A stretch of 64,000 nt of DNA. Origin: Macrostomum lignano (Eukaryota). Positions 49,101-61,836 of the stretch are shown here, piece after piece. A model generated the notes under the pieces. That model made no database searches. It was not told the DNA's origin and saw only the letters and a list, made by a program, of their open reading frames with translations. Location of the stretch: positions 1 to 64,000 of the forward strand of contig NIVC01000327.1 in NCBI GenBank assembly GCA_002269645.1, in the 5' to 3' direction. The translations under genes and the position numbers were made by a program. Position 1 is the stretch's first letter; every line of letters begins with the position of its first letter.

Positions 49101-50713
49101 TTGCCTTAGCTTGGTGCGTTCTACCTGTTAGATAAGACACTATGTGTACCTGTTAAATAAGACACTATTTGTACCTGTTAAATAAGACACTATATTGTGT
49201 ACCTGTTAGATAAGACACTATATTGTGTACCTGTTAGATAAGACACTATATTGTGTATCTGTTAGATAAGACACTATATTGTGTACCTGTTAGATAAGAC
49301 ACTATGTACCTGTTAGATAAGACACTATGTGTACCTGTTAGATAAGACACTGTACCTGTTAGATAAGACACTATGTACCTGTTAGATAAGACACTATGTG
49401 TACCTGTTAGATAAGACACTATGTGTACCTGTTAGATAAGACACTGTACCTGTTAGATAAGACACTATGTGTACCTGTTAGATAAGACACTATGTGTACC
49501 TGTTAGATAAGACACTGTACCTGTTAGATAAGACACTATGTACCTGTTAGATAAGACACTATGTGTACCTGTTAAATAAGACACTATGTGTACCTGTTAG
49601 ATAAGACACTATGTACCTGTTAGATAAGACACTATGTGTACCTGTTAAATAAGACACTATGTGTACCTGTTAGATAAGACACTATGTGTACCTGTTAGAT
49701 AAGACACTATATTGTGTACCTGTTAGATAAGACACTATATTGTGTACCTGTTAGATAAGACACTATATTGTGTACCTGTTAGATAAGACACTATGTACCT
49801 GTTAGATAAGACACTATGTGTACCTGTTAGATAAGACACTGTACCTGTTAGATAAGACACTATGTACCTGTTAGATAAGACACTATGTGTACCTGTTAGA
49901 TAAGACACTATATTATGTACCTGTTAGACAAGACACTATGTGTACCTGTTAGATAAGACACTATATTGTGTACCTGTTAGATAAGACACTATATTGTGTA
50001 CCTGTTAGATAAGACACTATATTATGTACCTGTTAGATAAGACACTATATTATGTACCTGTTAGATAAGACACTATGTGTACCTGTTAGATAAGACACTA
50101 TGTGTACCTTTTAGATAAGACACTATGTGTACCTGTTAGATAAGACACTATATGAACCTGCTAGATAAGGCACTATGTACCTGTTAGACAAGAGCCTATG
50201 TACCTGTTAGATAAGACACTATGTACCTGTTAGACAAGAGGCTATGTACCTGCTAGATAAGACACTATGTACCTGTTAGACAAGAGGCTATGTACCTGTT
50301 AGATAAGACACTATCTACCTGTTAGACAAGACACTATCTACCTGTTAGATAAGACACTATCTACCTGTTAGACAAGACACTATCTACCTGTTAGAACCTC
50401 ACCTGCTGGGCAACCGACCCGAGAACACGGGCTGCCCAAAAGCCTCCTTAATGAGCTCATAAGAAGCCAGCGCAATCACCGTCCGACCACCCATTCGAAT
50501 TGAAAAAATGTCTCCATAACGATTGGCTAAATCGCAAAAAGTTCGATGAGAATTGGCTCGGTCAATCCAGGGCAAATAGCCAAGTAGCGGCACACCGACG
50601 GGACCCGGAGGCAGCCTTGCTCGACGTCGAAATGCTCCAACAATCGACCAGACAATGTAACAAACGATGGCTAAAATTATCAATTTTATTAGAAGATTCT
50701 GTTCCTCAATCAT
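46164..50713 (-). CDS. Cytochrome P450, CYP2 clan, 4 exons, ~510 aa
   Basis: Exons 50713-50403, 49074-48754, 47767-47413, 46709-46164 join in frame. N-terminal TM anchor + LPPGPVGVPLLG, WSHQR (WxxxR), I-helix ELFFGGTATT, ECYR (ExxR), PGHF and heme motif FMIGRRACLGE. Confidence 0.93.
46770..47375 (+). repeat. Intronic minisatellite, 26-bp unit CACTATCCCCTGTCTAACAGGTGTGA
   Basis: CYP intron 3. Confidence 0.92.
47840..48710 (+). repeat. Intronic minisatellite, 21-bp unit GTTAGACACGGAATGAAGCTT
   Basis: CYP intron 2. Confidence 0.92.
49122..50395 (+). repeat. Intronic minisatellite, ~21-27-bp unit TACCTGTTAGATAAGACACTATGTG
   Basis: Fills nearly all of CYP intron 1. Confidence 0.93.
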
Positions 50714-51039
50714 TTCTTGTGTTGCTTTTTTAAACACGGAAAAAACTAAAAAGTGGAATGTTTAGTTGGTCTGAAAAAAATATTGTAAACTCAGCCTTTC
50801 TATTCTAGGTGAGCTGAATTGTATTTTGTACCCCGCAACTCTGGCCTGAGCATGCTTGAGTACAGTGAGTTAAACTCTTCTCTTGCAAAACCTGGATAGG
50901 CAAGAGTGTAGAGTTAGCTCAGGACACTTAAACTCTGTCCTTTGCACATAAAAATTTGACAGGCAATTTGTTCTGCTTCGCTTGGGGCAGAGCAGTTAGT
51001 TCAGTGGTAAGAAGCGTCTGTCTGACTGCCCGTGCCTGG

Positions 51040-52130
51040 GGGGAATTGCTGAGATGTCAAGGCTAATGAGGGGAATTGCTGAGATGTCAAGGCTCATGAG
51101 GGGAATTGCTGAGATGTCAAGGCTCATGAGGGGAATTGCTGAGATGTCAAGGCTAATGAGGGGAATTGCTGAGATGTCAAGGCTCATGAGGGGAATTGCT
51201 GAGATGTCAAGGCTCATGAGGGGAATTGCTGAGATGTCAAGGCTCATGAGGGGAATTGCTGAGATGTCAAGGCTCATGAGGGGAATTGCTGAGATGTCAA
51301 GGCTCATGAGGGGAATTGCTGAGATGTCAAGGCTCATTAGGGGAATTGCTGAGATGTCAAGGCTCATGAGGGGAATTGCTGAGATGTCAAGGCTCATTAG
51401 GGGAATTGCTGAGATGTCAAGGCTAATGAGGGGAATTGCTGAGATGTCAAGGCTCATGAGGGGAATTGCTGAGATGTCAAGGCTCATGAGGGGAATTGCT
51501 GAGATGTCAAGGCTAATGAGGGGAATTGCTGAGATGTCAAGGCTCATGAGGGGAATTGCTGAGATGTCAAGGCTCATTAGGGGAATTGCTGAGATGTCAA
51601 GGCTCATTAGGGGAATTGCTGAGATGTCAAGGCTCATGAGGGGAATTGCTGAGATGTCAAGGCTCATGAGGGGAATTGCTGAGATGTCAAGGCTCATGAG
51701 GGGAATTGCTGAGATGTCAAGGCTCATGAGGGGAATTGCTGAGATGTCAAGGCTCATGAGGGGAATTGCTGAGATGTCAAGGCTCATGAGGGGAATTGCT
51801 GAGATGTCAAGGCTAATGAGGGGAATTGCTGAGATGTCAAGGCTAATGAGGGGAATTGCTGAGATGTCAAGGCTCACGAGGGGAATTGTTGAAGATTTCA
51901 AGGCTCATGAGGGGAATTTTTTAAGATGTCAAGGCTCATGAGGGGAATTGTTTAAGATGTCAAGGCTCATGAGGGGAATTTTTTAAGATGTCAAGGCTCA
52001 CGAGGGGAATTGTTGAAGATGTCAAGGCTCACGAGGGGAATTGTTGAAGATGTCAAGGCTCACGAGGGGAATTTTTGAAGATGTCAAGGCTCACGAGGGG
52101 AATTGTTTAAGATGTCAAGGCTCGTGAGGG
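51040..52130 (+). repeat. Intergenic minisatellite, 30-bp unit GAGGGGAATTGCTGAGATGTCAAGGCTCAT
   Basis: Very homogeneous array upstream of the CYP gene. Confidence 0.95.
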
Positions 52131-52484
52131 GGAATAAATTATTCCTTTTTTTGCTGCCTGGCGCTGATCTCTATAGTTCTCTTATACTCGCGTTGAGCAT
52201 TTTTTATTAAAATTTTCGCCAATGAAAATTTCTGACCTCAGTAAATTTATGAGGCTTCTATGCTTATCAAGATTCATTTTATCACTCATACACTGGGTCA
52301 TGAATTGCATGAATTTTCTCTGACCTAATTTTTTTGCCCTAGATTTATAAGATTATAAAGTTATAAAGTTAGTTAACAGACTGTATCTCCACCTTTGTTG
52401 CTGTCTTTTACTGTTTGAGTTTTTTGTTTGTAGTTCTCAGTGTCTCTGACCTGTCACTTTGATTGCCTTTGTCTGCTACGGTGT

Positions 52485-53510
52485 CCTTAGCCTGTCACTC
52501 TCAGTGTCCTCAACCTATCACTCTCAGCTGTGTCTTAAACCTATCAATCTCAGTGTCTTAAGCCTGTCACTCTCAGTGTCTTAAGCCTGTCACTCTCAGT
52601 GTCTTAAGCCTGTCACTCTCAGTGTCTTAAGCCTGTCACTCTCAGTGTCTTAAACCTATCACTCTCAGCTGTGTCTTAAACCTATCAATCTCAGTGTCTT
52701 AAGCCTGTCACTCTCAGTGTCTTAAGCCTGTCACTCTCAGTGTCTTAAGCCTGTCACTCTCAGTGTCTTAAGCCTGTCACTCTCAGTGTCTTAAACCTAT
52801 CACTCTCAGCTGTGTCTTAAACCTATCAATCTCAGTGTCTTAAGCCTGTCACTCTTAGTGTCTCTAGTCTGTCACAAGTGTCATAGTCTGTCACTCTCAG
52901 TGTCTTAAACATGTCCCTCTCAGTGTCTTTAGTCTGTCACTCAGTGTCTTTATTAGCCTTTCACTCTTAGTGTCCTAAACCTGTCACTCCCAGTGTCCTA
53001 AACCTGTCACTCCCAGTGTCCCAAACCTGTCACTCTTAGTGTCCTAAACCTGTCACTCCCAGTGTCCTAAACCTGTCACTCCCAGTGTCCTAAACCTGTC
53101 ACTCCCAGTGTCCTAAACCTGTCACTCCCAAAGTTCTAAATCTGTCACTCCGAGTGTCCTAAACCTGTCACTCCCAGTGTCCCAAACCTGTCACTCCCAG
53201 TGTCCTAAACCTGTCACTCCCAGTGTCCTAAATCTGTCACTCCTAGTGTCCTAAACCTGTCACTCCCAGTGTCCTAAACCTGTCACTCCCAGTGTCCCAA
53301 ACCTGTCACTCCCAGTGTCCTAAACCTGTCACTCCCAGTGTCCCAAACCTGTCACTCCCAGTGTCCTAAACCTGTCACTCCCAGTGTCCTAAATCTGTCA
53401 CTCCCAGTGTCCCAAACCTGTCACTCCCAGTGTCCTAAACCTGTCACTCCCAGTGTCCTAAACCTGTCACTCCCAATTTCTTAAACCTATCATTCTCAGT
53501 GTCTTTGGTC
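52485..53510 (+). repeat. Minisatellite, 23-bp unit CCTGTCACTC(T/C)CAGTGTC(T/C)TAA(G/A)
   Basis: Two sub-variants arranged in blocks. Confidence 0.9.
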
Positions 53511-54139
53511 TTTCACTCTCATTCATAAATTTTAATGCCTATCACACTCATTTTGGCGCCTGTCACACTCATTTTGGCGCTTAACACACCTGTACACTAG
53601 AGTTTACTACCAACCAAAAAATTGAATTTGGTTACCCTATCATCGCACTAAATGCAACGCTCAGAGGTACCGTGTCAAACCTTAACCTGTTTATCTAGGC
53701 CATTAAACTGCGCACGACCCCCGCAACCCCCCACCGTTTCTCAATGAGAACACAAGCGTTTAGCCGCGAGATTCCCACACAATCTCAAAGCCAAGCTCTG
53801 ACAGCTCTCGGGCGGCTTCTTAAACTGGTTCTTGGGACTGAAACTCATTCTCGATTAGATAAGAAATCTATAAGCTAGAGCCACAGAATTTCCAACAGAG
53901 AACTCTACGCCGTGGAAAGACACTTTGAGTCTGTTTCAGATTTTGGTACTGATACGAGTATCGTAAGGAGCTTTAAAAAATGCAGCAAAATCTGCAATTT
54001 GGGTACTGCGTTTGACTCGATTGGTAGGTCAGAACTGCATTGGCTGCAGTGAAGTTGACAGTTGCTGGATATCTGTTTGTCATCTAGCTGACCTTTCACC
54101 ACACGGATTTGAAGGTAATTAGTAGGTAAGTAATATCCC

Positions 54140-55510
54140 AGACCCCCAGTCTAGCTCTACCAATGACCCCCAGTCTAGCTCTACCAATGACCCCCAGTTT
54201 AGCGCCACTCAATGACCCCCAGTTTGGCGCCACCAATGACCCCCAGTTTAGCGCCACTCAATTACCCCCAGTTTAGCGCCACTCAATTACCCCCAGTTTG
54301 GCGCCACTCAATTACCCCCAGTTTGGTGCCACTCAATTACCCCCAGTTTGGCGCCACTCAATTGCCCCAGTTTAGTGCCACTCAATTACACCCAGTTTAG
54401 CGCCACTCAATTACCCCCAGTTTGGTGCCACTCAATTACCCCCAGTTTGGTGCCACTCAATTACCCCCAGTTTGGTGCCACTCAATTACACCCAGTTTAG
54501 CGCCACTCAATTACCCCCAGTTTGGTGCCACTCAATTACACCCAGTTTAGCGCCACTCAATTACCCCCAGTTTGGTGCCACTCAATTACACCCAGTTTAG
54601 CGCCACTCAATTACCCCCAGTTTGGCGCCACTCAATGACCCCCCAGTTTGGCGCCACTCAATGACCCCCCCGTTTGGTGCCACTCAATTACACCCAGTTT
54701 GGCGCCACTCAATGACCCCCCAGTTTGGCGCCACTCAATGACCCCCCAGTTTGGCGCCACTCAATGACCCTCAGTTTGGCGCCACTCAGTGACCCCCAGT
54801 TTGGCGCCACTCAATGACCCCCCTGTTTGGCGCCACTCGATGACCCTCAGTTTAGCGCCACTCAATGACCCCCAGTTTGGCGCCACCAATGACCCCCAGT
54901 TTAGCGCCACTCAATTACCCCCAGTTTAGCGCCACTCAATTACTCCCAGTTTAGCGCCACTCAGTGACCCCCAGTTTAGCGCCACTCAATTACCCCCAGT
55001 TTAGCGCCACTCAATGACCCCCAGTTTAGCGCCACTCAATGACCCCCAGTTTAGCGCCACTCAATGACCCCCAGTTTAGCGCCACTCAATGACCCCAGTT
55101 TAGCGCCACTCAATGACCCCCAGTTTAGCGCCACTCAATGACCCCCAGTTTAGCGCCACTCAATGACCCCCAGTTTATCGCCATTCAATGACACCCTAGT
55201 TTGGGGCTCTCAATGACACAGCAGTTTAGCGCCACCAATGACCCCCAGTTTGGCGTCACCAATGACCCTTTCGAGTATGGCGCCACTCAATGACTTGGTA
55301 CCACTCAATGATCCCCAGTTTGGCGCCACTCAATGACCCCCCAGTTTGGCCCCACTCAATGACCCTCATTTTGGCGCCACCAATGACCCCCCAGTTTGGC
55401 GCCACTCAATGACCCCCCAGTTTGGCCCCACTCAATGACCCTCATTTTGGCGCCACCAATGACCCCCCAGTTTGAAACAACCAATGACTCCCAGCTTAGC
55501 GCCACCAATG
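54140..55510 (+). repeat. Minisatellite, 25-bp unit CCAGTTT(A/G)GCGCCACTCAATGACCC
   Basis: Upstream of the SLC4 ATG; follows a candidate donor GAAG|GTAATT at ~54114, so it may lie in a 5'UTR intron. Confidence 0.92.
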
Positions 55511-55623
55511 ACTCACTGACCTCCATATTTGCACTCCCTCGGACACCCAGTTTGGCTTGTAAAGTTCCGCGTTCGCTAAAGCTATTAAACCCCCTCGCGG
55601 GCCTCGATCGGTCGGCAGCGGCC

Positions 55624-58600
55624 ATGTCCTCAGATGACCCCGTGCCTGACCCGAACGTCAGCTCAGCCCGGCGATTGAATCAGCCGCAGCAGCTGCTGGA
55701 CTTTGAAGAGCACCGCTCGCTGCCAGTGGGCGGGGGCGATGGGGGTCACCGGACCCTCCTGATAGGCGTCAGAGTCCCCCGCGGTGGCCGGAAGCGGTCG
55801 CTGGAGCAGCAGCACGAGAGGCGGGGCAAGAGGCGGGAGAAGAAAAGCGATTCATCACAGACACAGAGGCACCGGCAGCAGCAGCAGCCGCAGTCGGGCA
55901 GTGAGTTGCAGAGTCTGTCACACCCACATCCGTCACTCTGAATGTGTCTGTCACTCTCGATCGTGTCTGTCACTATCAATCGTGTCTGTCACTCTCAATC
56001 GTGTCTGTCACTCTCGATCGTGTCTGTCACTCTCAATCGTGTCTGTCACTCTAAATCGTGTCTGTCACTCTCAATTGTGTTTGTCACTCTCAAATCGTGT
56101 CTGTCCCTCAATCGTGTCTGTCACTCTCAATTGTGACTGTAACTCTAAATCGTGTCTGTCACTCTCGATCGTGTCTGTCACTCTGAATGGTGTCTGTCAC
56201 TCTCAATTGTGTCTGTCAATCTCAATCGTGTCTGTCACTCTTAAATCGTGTCTGTCACTCTCAATCGTGTCTGTCACTCTCGATCGTGACTCACTCGATT
56301 CTGTCTGTCCCTCAATCGTGTCTGTCACTCTCAATTGTGACTGTAACTCTAAATCGTGTCTGTCACTCTCGATCGTGTCTGTCACTCTGAATGGTGTCTG
56401 TCACTCTCAATTGTGTCTGTCAATCTCAATCGTGTCTGTCACTCTCGATCGTGTCTGTCACTCTCAATCGTGTCTGTCACTCTCGATCATGTTTGTCAGT
56501 CTCGATCGTGTCTGTCACTCTTAATCGTGTCTGTCAATCTCAATCGTGTCTGTCACTCTCAATTGTGTCTGTCACTCTCAATCGTATCTGTCACTCTCAA
56601 TCGTATCTGTCACTCTCAATCGTGTCTGTCACTCCTTTCACTGCCTATCGCATGCATTTGTCACTACTTGTAGTGTCCCGTGATTTCAAATTTTGTTTCA
56701 CTCTGAAATTATCAATTTGTCACCTTATTCATAATAAAACTAACAAAGTGTCAGCTGTCGAAGAAACTGATGAAGATGCCGATGCAGAAGCCGAGGATGC
56801 GCCTCCAAGTTAGTATTTTTATTTTTATTTTTCAACTCTTCATTTTAAATAATTTTCTAGGAAAATTATCGATTTTTGCATCTCAATGCCCTAACTGCAG
56901 GTTTTGGCAGTTTGGCAGCTGATGTCACTGGTGAAGGCTCCGGGTCTGCTTCGGTTTCTCGTGGTGAGAACTTTTGAAATTCTGTTGTTACATACACAGA
57001 GAGAATGTACTTTTAGTCTAGTGATGACATTTTTTCAATAAAAACTCTTTAGAAGGCTCCAACGCGGATCCATCAGTGAGGGTGCACTTTCTGCTTGGCA
57101 ACAATCAAGATTCGGGAGCCGCTGAAGACGAACCATTGACTGCTGTTGAAGATATTCGACCGCTGTTCTGCCAGATGAACGAGCTGGACTGCTCTGGTGA
57201 GAATTTTAGCTACATGAGAATCTTAAGTAGATTATTGAGTAGATTAGCGGTTAGACAAGCATGTTAGAGAGTTGGATAGATAGTTGAGTAGATGTCAGGT
57301 AGCTAGTCGGGTAGATAATCAGGTGGCTATAGTTGGGTAGATAATCAGGTAGCTAGTCGGATAGATAATCAGGTAGGTAGTCAGGTAGATACTTAGGTAG
57401 CTAGTCAGGTAGATAATCAGGTAGCTAGTCGGGTAGATACTCAGGTAGGTAGTCGGGTAGATACTTAGGTAGCTAGTCAGGTAGATAATCAGGTAGCTAG
57501 TCGGGTAGATACTCAGGTAGGTAGTCGGGTAGATACTCAGGTAGCTAGTCGGGTAGATAACCCGGTAGCTAGTTGGGTAGATAATAAGGTAGCTAGTCGG
57601 GTAGATACTCAGGTAGCTAGTCGGGTAGATAACCAGGTAGCTAGTTGGGTAGATAATCAGGTAGCTAGTCAGGTAGACAATTGGGTAGACAATCAATGAG
57701 ACAGTCAAGTAGACAATTGGGTAGACAATTAGGTAGATGATCGGATAGGCAATAAAGTAGACTTTCAGGTAGACAATCAGGTAGAAAATCGGTTAAGCAA
57801 TCAAGTATACAAATTGTTAGACAATCGGGTGGACAATCGAGTAGACAATTGGCTAAACAGCTGCAACAATTCGCTTCCCATTTAACCCCAAAAAGGTGAC
57901 GTCACTGTGTGGAAACAGACAGCTCGATGGATCAAATTTGAAGAGGATGTTGAGGAGGGTGGAGAGCGCTGGTCAAAGCCTCACGTGGCCACCCTGAGCC
58001 TGCTGTCGTTGTTCGAAGTTCGGACTGCAATTTCTACAGGTGAGACTACAGGGTGAAAACCATGAAGGTTGACTGTCAGGGAGGGTGAATATCAGGAAGG
58101 GTGAATATCAGGGAGGGCGAATATCAGGGAGGGTGAGTATCAGGAAGGGTGAATATCAGGGAGGGTGAATATCAGGGAGGGTGAGTATCAGGAAGGGTGA
58201 CTGTCAGGGAGGGTGAATATCAGGAAGGTGACTGTCAGGTAGGGTGACTGTCAGGGAGGGTTACTGTCAGGGAAGGTGACTGTCAGGGAGGGTGACTGTC
58301 AGGGAGGGTGAATATCAGGGGGGTGAATATCAGGGAGTGAATATCAGGGAGGGTGAGTATCAGGAAGGGTGACTGTCAGGGAGGGTGAATATCAGGAAGG
58401 TGACTGTCAGGTGTCAGGGAGGGTGACTGTCAGGGAGGGTGAATATCAGGAAGGTGACTGTCAGGGAGGTTGACTGTCAGGGAGGGTGAGTATCAGGAAG
58501 GGTGACTGTCAGGGAGGGTGAGTATCAGGAAGGGTGACTGTCAGGGAGGGTGAATATCAGGAAGGTGACTGTCAGGTGTCAGGGAGGGTGACTGTCAGGG

Positions 58601-61600
58601 AGGGTGAATATCAGGAAGGTGACTGTCAGGGAGGTTGACTGTCAGGGAGGGTGAGTATCAGGAAGGGTGACTGTCAGGGAGGGTGAGTATCAGGAAGGGT
58701 GACTGTCAGGGAGGGTGAATATCAGGAAGGTGACTGTCAGGTAGGGTGACTGTCAGGGAGGGTTACTGTCAGGGAGGGTGACTGTCAGGGCGGGTGACTG
58801 TCAGGGAGGGTGACTGTCAGGGAGGGTGACTGTCAGGGAGGTTGACTGTCAGGGAGGGTGAATATCAGGGAGGGTGACTGTCAGGGAGGGCTGCCTTTGA
58901 GAGTAATAGTTCTATCTGAAGAACAAGAAACAAGATCTATAAATTTATTTTTATATCTAAAAAAATTCAGGCGAGGTAATGCTGGATTGCGAGGCCCAGT
59001 CGTTCGAATCGATCGTCGACCTGATGCTAAATCGGCTGGTTAGAAAAGACCGACTGCCAGTCGAATACCGAGAGCAAACTCGCGAAGTGCTGCTCAAGAA
59101 GCACTGGAATTTGCACCAGAAACGGCTGGTCCGAGGCAGCTCGTTTCTTGGTTCGAAGATTCGAAACATTGCCGAAATTGGCAAGAGGCATTCGTCTAAG
59201 GATTTGGAGAGGGGTGAGTTGCGGAGAGCTCCAAGGAACTTATCTCTATCGACATACATCGACACCCATCGAAATACATCCACACTCACCGACACTCACC
59301 GAAACTTACATGTATGGACACTCACCGACACTTATAGACCCTCAGCGACACTTATGGACACTCACCGACACTTATAGACCCTCAGCGACACTTATGGACA
59401 CTCACCGACACTTATGGACACTCAGCGACACTTATGGACACTCACCAGCACTTATGGACACTCACCGACACTTATAGACCCTCAGCGACACTTATGGACA
59501 CTCACCGACACTTATGGACACTCACCGACACTTATGGACACTCACCAGCACTTATGGACACTCACCGACACTTATGGACACTCACCGACACTTATGGACA
59601 CTCACCGACACTTATGGACACTCACCGACACTTATGGACACTCACCGACACTTATGGACACTCACCGGCACTTATGGACACTCACCAACACTTATGGACA
59701 CTCACCGACACTTATGGACACTCACCGACACTTATGGACACTCACCGGCACTTATGGACACTCACCGGCACTTATGGACACTCACCGGCACTTATGGACA
59801 CTCACCGACACTCACCGACACTCACCGACACTCACCGACACCCATCGACACACACTGGCATCCACTCCAGATTCAAGCTTCCGAAACAGCCCCAGCGGTG
59901 TCGGATTAGGCGAGGCCCTCGGAGACTCAGCCGACGCCACTCAGCCGCATTCGTCCGGATCGAAGCACTACGACCAGAGCTTCATGAGGAAGGTGCCGCC
60001 GGGAGCCGAGACGGCGAACATCCTGGTTGGCAGCACCAGCTTCTTACCAACTGGTCCAGTTGCCTGTTTCATCCGACTGAAAAATGCCTGCCTAGCTATG
60101 GAGATCACGGAAGTGCCGGTGCCAAGCCGCTTCCTGTTTGTACTTTTAAGCCCACCAGGACAGGTGGACTCGCTCAAGGAGATGGGCCGGTGCATGGGCA
60201 CCCTGATGTCTGACGAGATCTTTCGCGAGGTGGCTTATTTGGCTAGAGGAAAAGTGAGTCTGCCGGTTGATGTGTCAGGGGCCAAGGGCTGTTAAATAGC
60301 AAGTGTCAGGGTCTTAAATATCTAGTGTCAGAACTCTTGAGTATCTAGTGTCAGAACTCTTGAATATCTAGTGTCAGAACTCTTGCATATCTAGTGTCAG
60401 AACTCTTGAATATCTAGTGTCAGAACTCTTGAGTATCTAGTGTCAGAACTCTTGCATATCTAGTGTCAGAACTCTTGCATATCTAGTGTCAGAACTTTTG
60501 AATATCTAGTGTCAGATCTCTTGAGTATCTAGTGTCAGAACTCTTGCATATCTAGTGTCAGAACTCTTGCATATCTAGTGTCAGATCTCTTGAATATCTG
60601 GTGTCAGATCTCTTGAATATCTAGTGTCAGAACTCTTGCATATCTAGTGTCAGATCTCTTGAATATCTAGTGTCAGATCTCTTGAGTATCTGGTGTCAGA
60701 ACTCTTGAATATCTAGTGTCAGATCTCTTGAATATCTAGTGTCAGATCTCTTGAATATCTAGTGTCAGAACTCTTGAATATCTAGTGTCAGAACTCTTGA
60801 ATATTTAGCTTCAGGGCTATCGTCAATGGCTCTCATAACTAATGGCATGATACCATAAAATTCCCACCTGATATCCTAATCTTCCCAGGGCGACCTGCTC
60901 GCAGGTCTGGACGAGTTCCTAAAATTCTGCATCGTTCTGCCGCCAAATGAATGGGACCCATCGATTCGCATTGAACCGCCAAAGGAGGTGCCCTCCCAGG
61001 ACGTTCGCAAGCAGCACTCGTCCGCGAACCTGTCTGCCCTGAACGGAGGTGAGCGACATCTGTAAACAGAATAAGTAAAAACGGCCCTTTTGGGGCGATT
61101 AACACCGATAAGGGCCAACCCTCAAGGCACGGAGAGTGTACATACCCGACGGTGGTGGGAAGGACGAAAAAAACCCTTACTTTTTACTGACAGTAATTTG
61201 AACGCATTTTAATGCTATTTTAATGCTCCACATTCCAGCCGGAGAAGACGGCAGCCAGTCGGCTAATAAAATTGAAAAGTCTTCTTCCGGGCAACAGTTG
61301 AAGCTCAAGGAGGCCTCATTCGATGCTGAGAAGCTGCCGTCGCCTCCGCCTCCGCCTCCGCTGCAGCAGCAGCAGTCTCAGACTCAAAGCGACTCGGAGG
61401 GTCACTTCGATGCGTCCCTGGAGCGAACTGGACGCCTGTTTGGCGGCCTCACCGAAGACGTGAAACGCAAACTGCCGTTCTATCTGTCCGACGTGAAAGA
61501 CGCAATTCACGTGCAAACCATTGGCGCTTTCTTCTTTATCTATTTTGCCTGTCTGACCCCCATCATCACGTTTGGCGGCCTGCTGGTGGACGCTACCGAA

Positions 61601-61754
61601 GGCTATTTGGGCGCTATGGAGTCCATTCTGTCTGGGGCCATCTGCGGCACTCTCTACGCTCTGTGCTCCGGGCAGCCGCTCACCATATTGGGTAATTTGG
61701 TGGATTCGATTCAGTTGTCAAGTTTTATTGATTAACAGATTGATTGATGGACAA

Positions 61755-61787
<33 letters not shown>

Positions 61788-61802
61788 CTGATTGATTGAT
61801 TA

Positions 61803-61836
<34 letters not shown>

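Noticed and set aside
50996-51941. ~300-aa ORFs on both strands (SRLMRGIAEM / SLDISAIPLM repeats)
   Set aside because: A 30-bp stop-free minisatellite gives open frames automatically; there is no unique coding flank.
7472-55624. AG dinucleotides a few nt upstream of several ATGs (DEG/ENaC, KDM7, Sox, DNAJC11, CYP, SLC4) as spliced-leader acceptor sites
   Set aside because: Compatible with trans-splicing, but an AG within ~12 nt is common by chance; this cannot be supported without 5' cDNA data.
13877-60805. Regular repeat arrays resembling CRISPR
   Set aside because: Units are head-to-tail with no unique spacers, there are no cas genes, and the context is eukaryotic and intronic.
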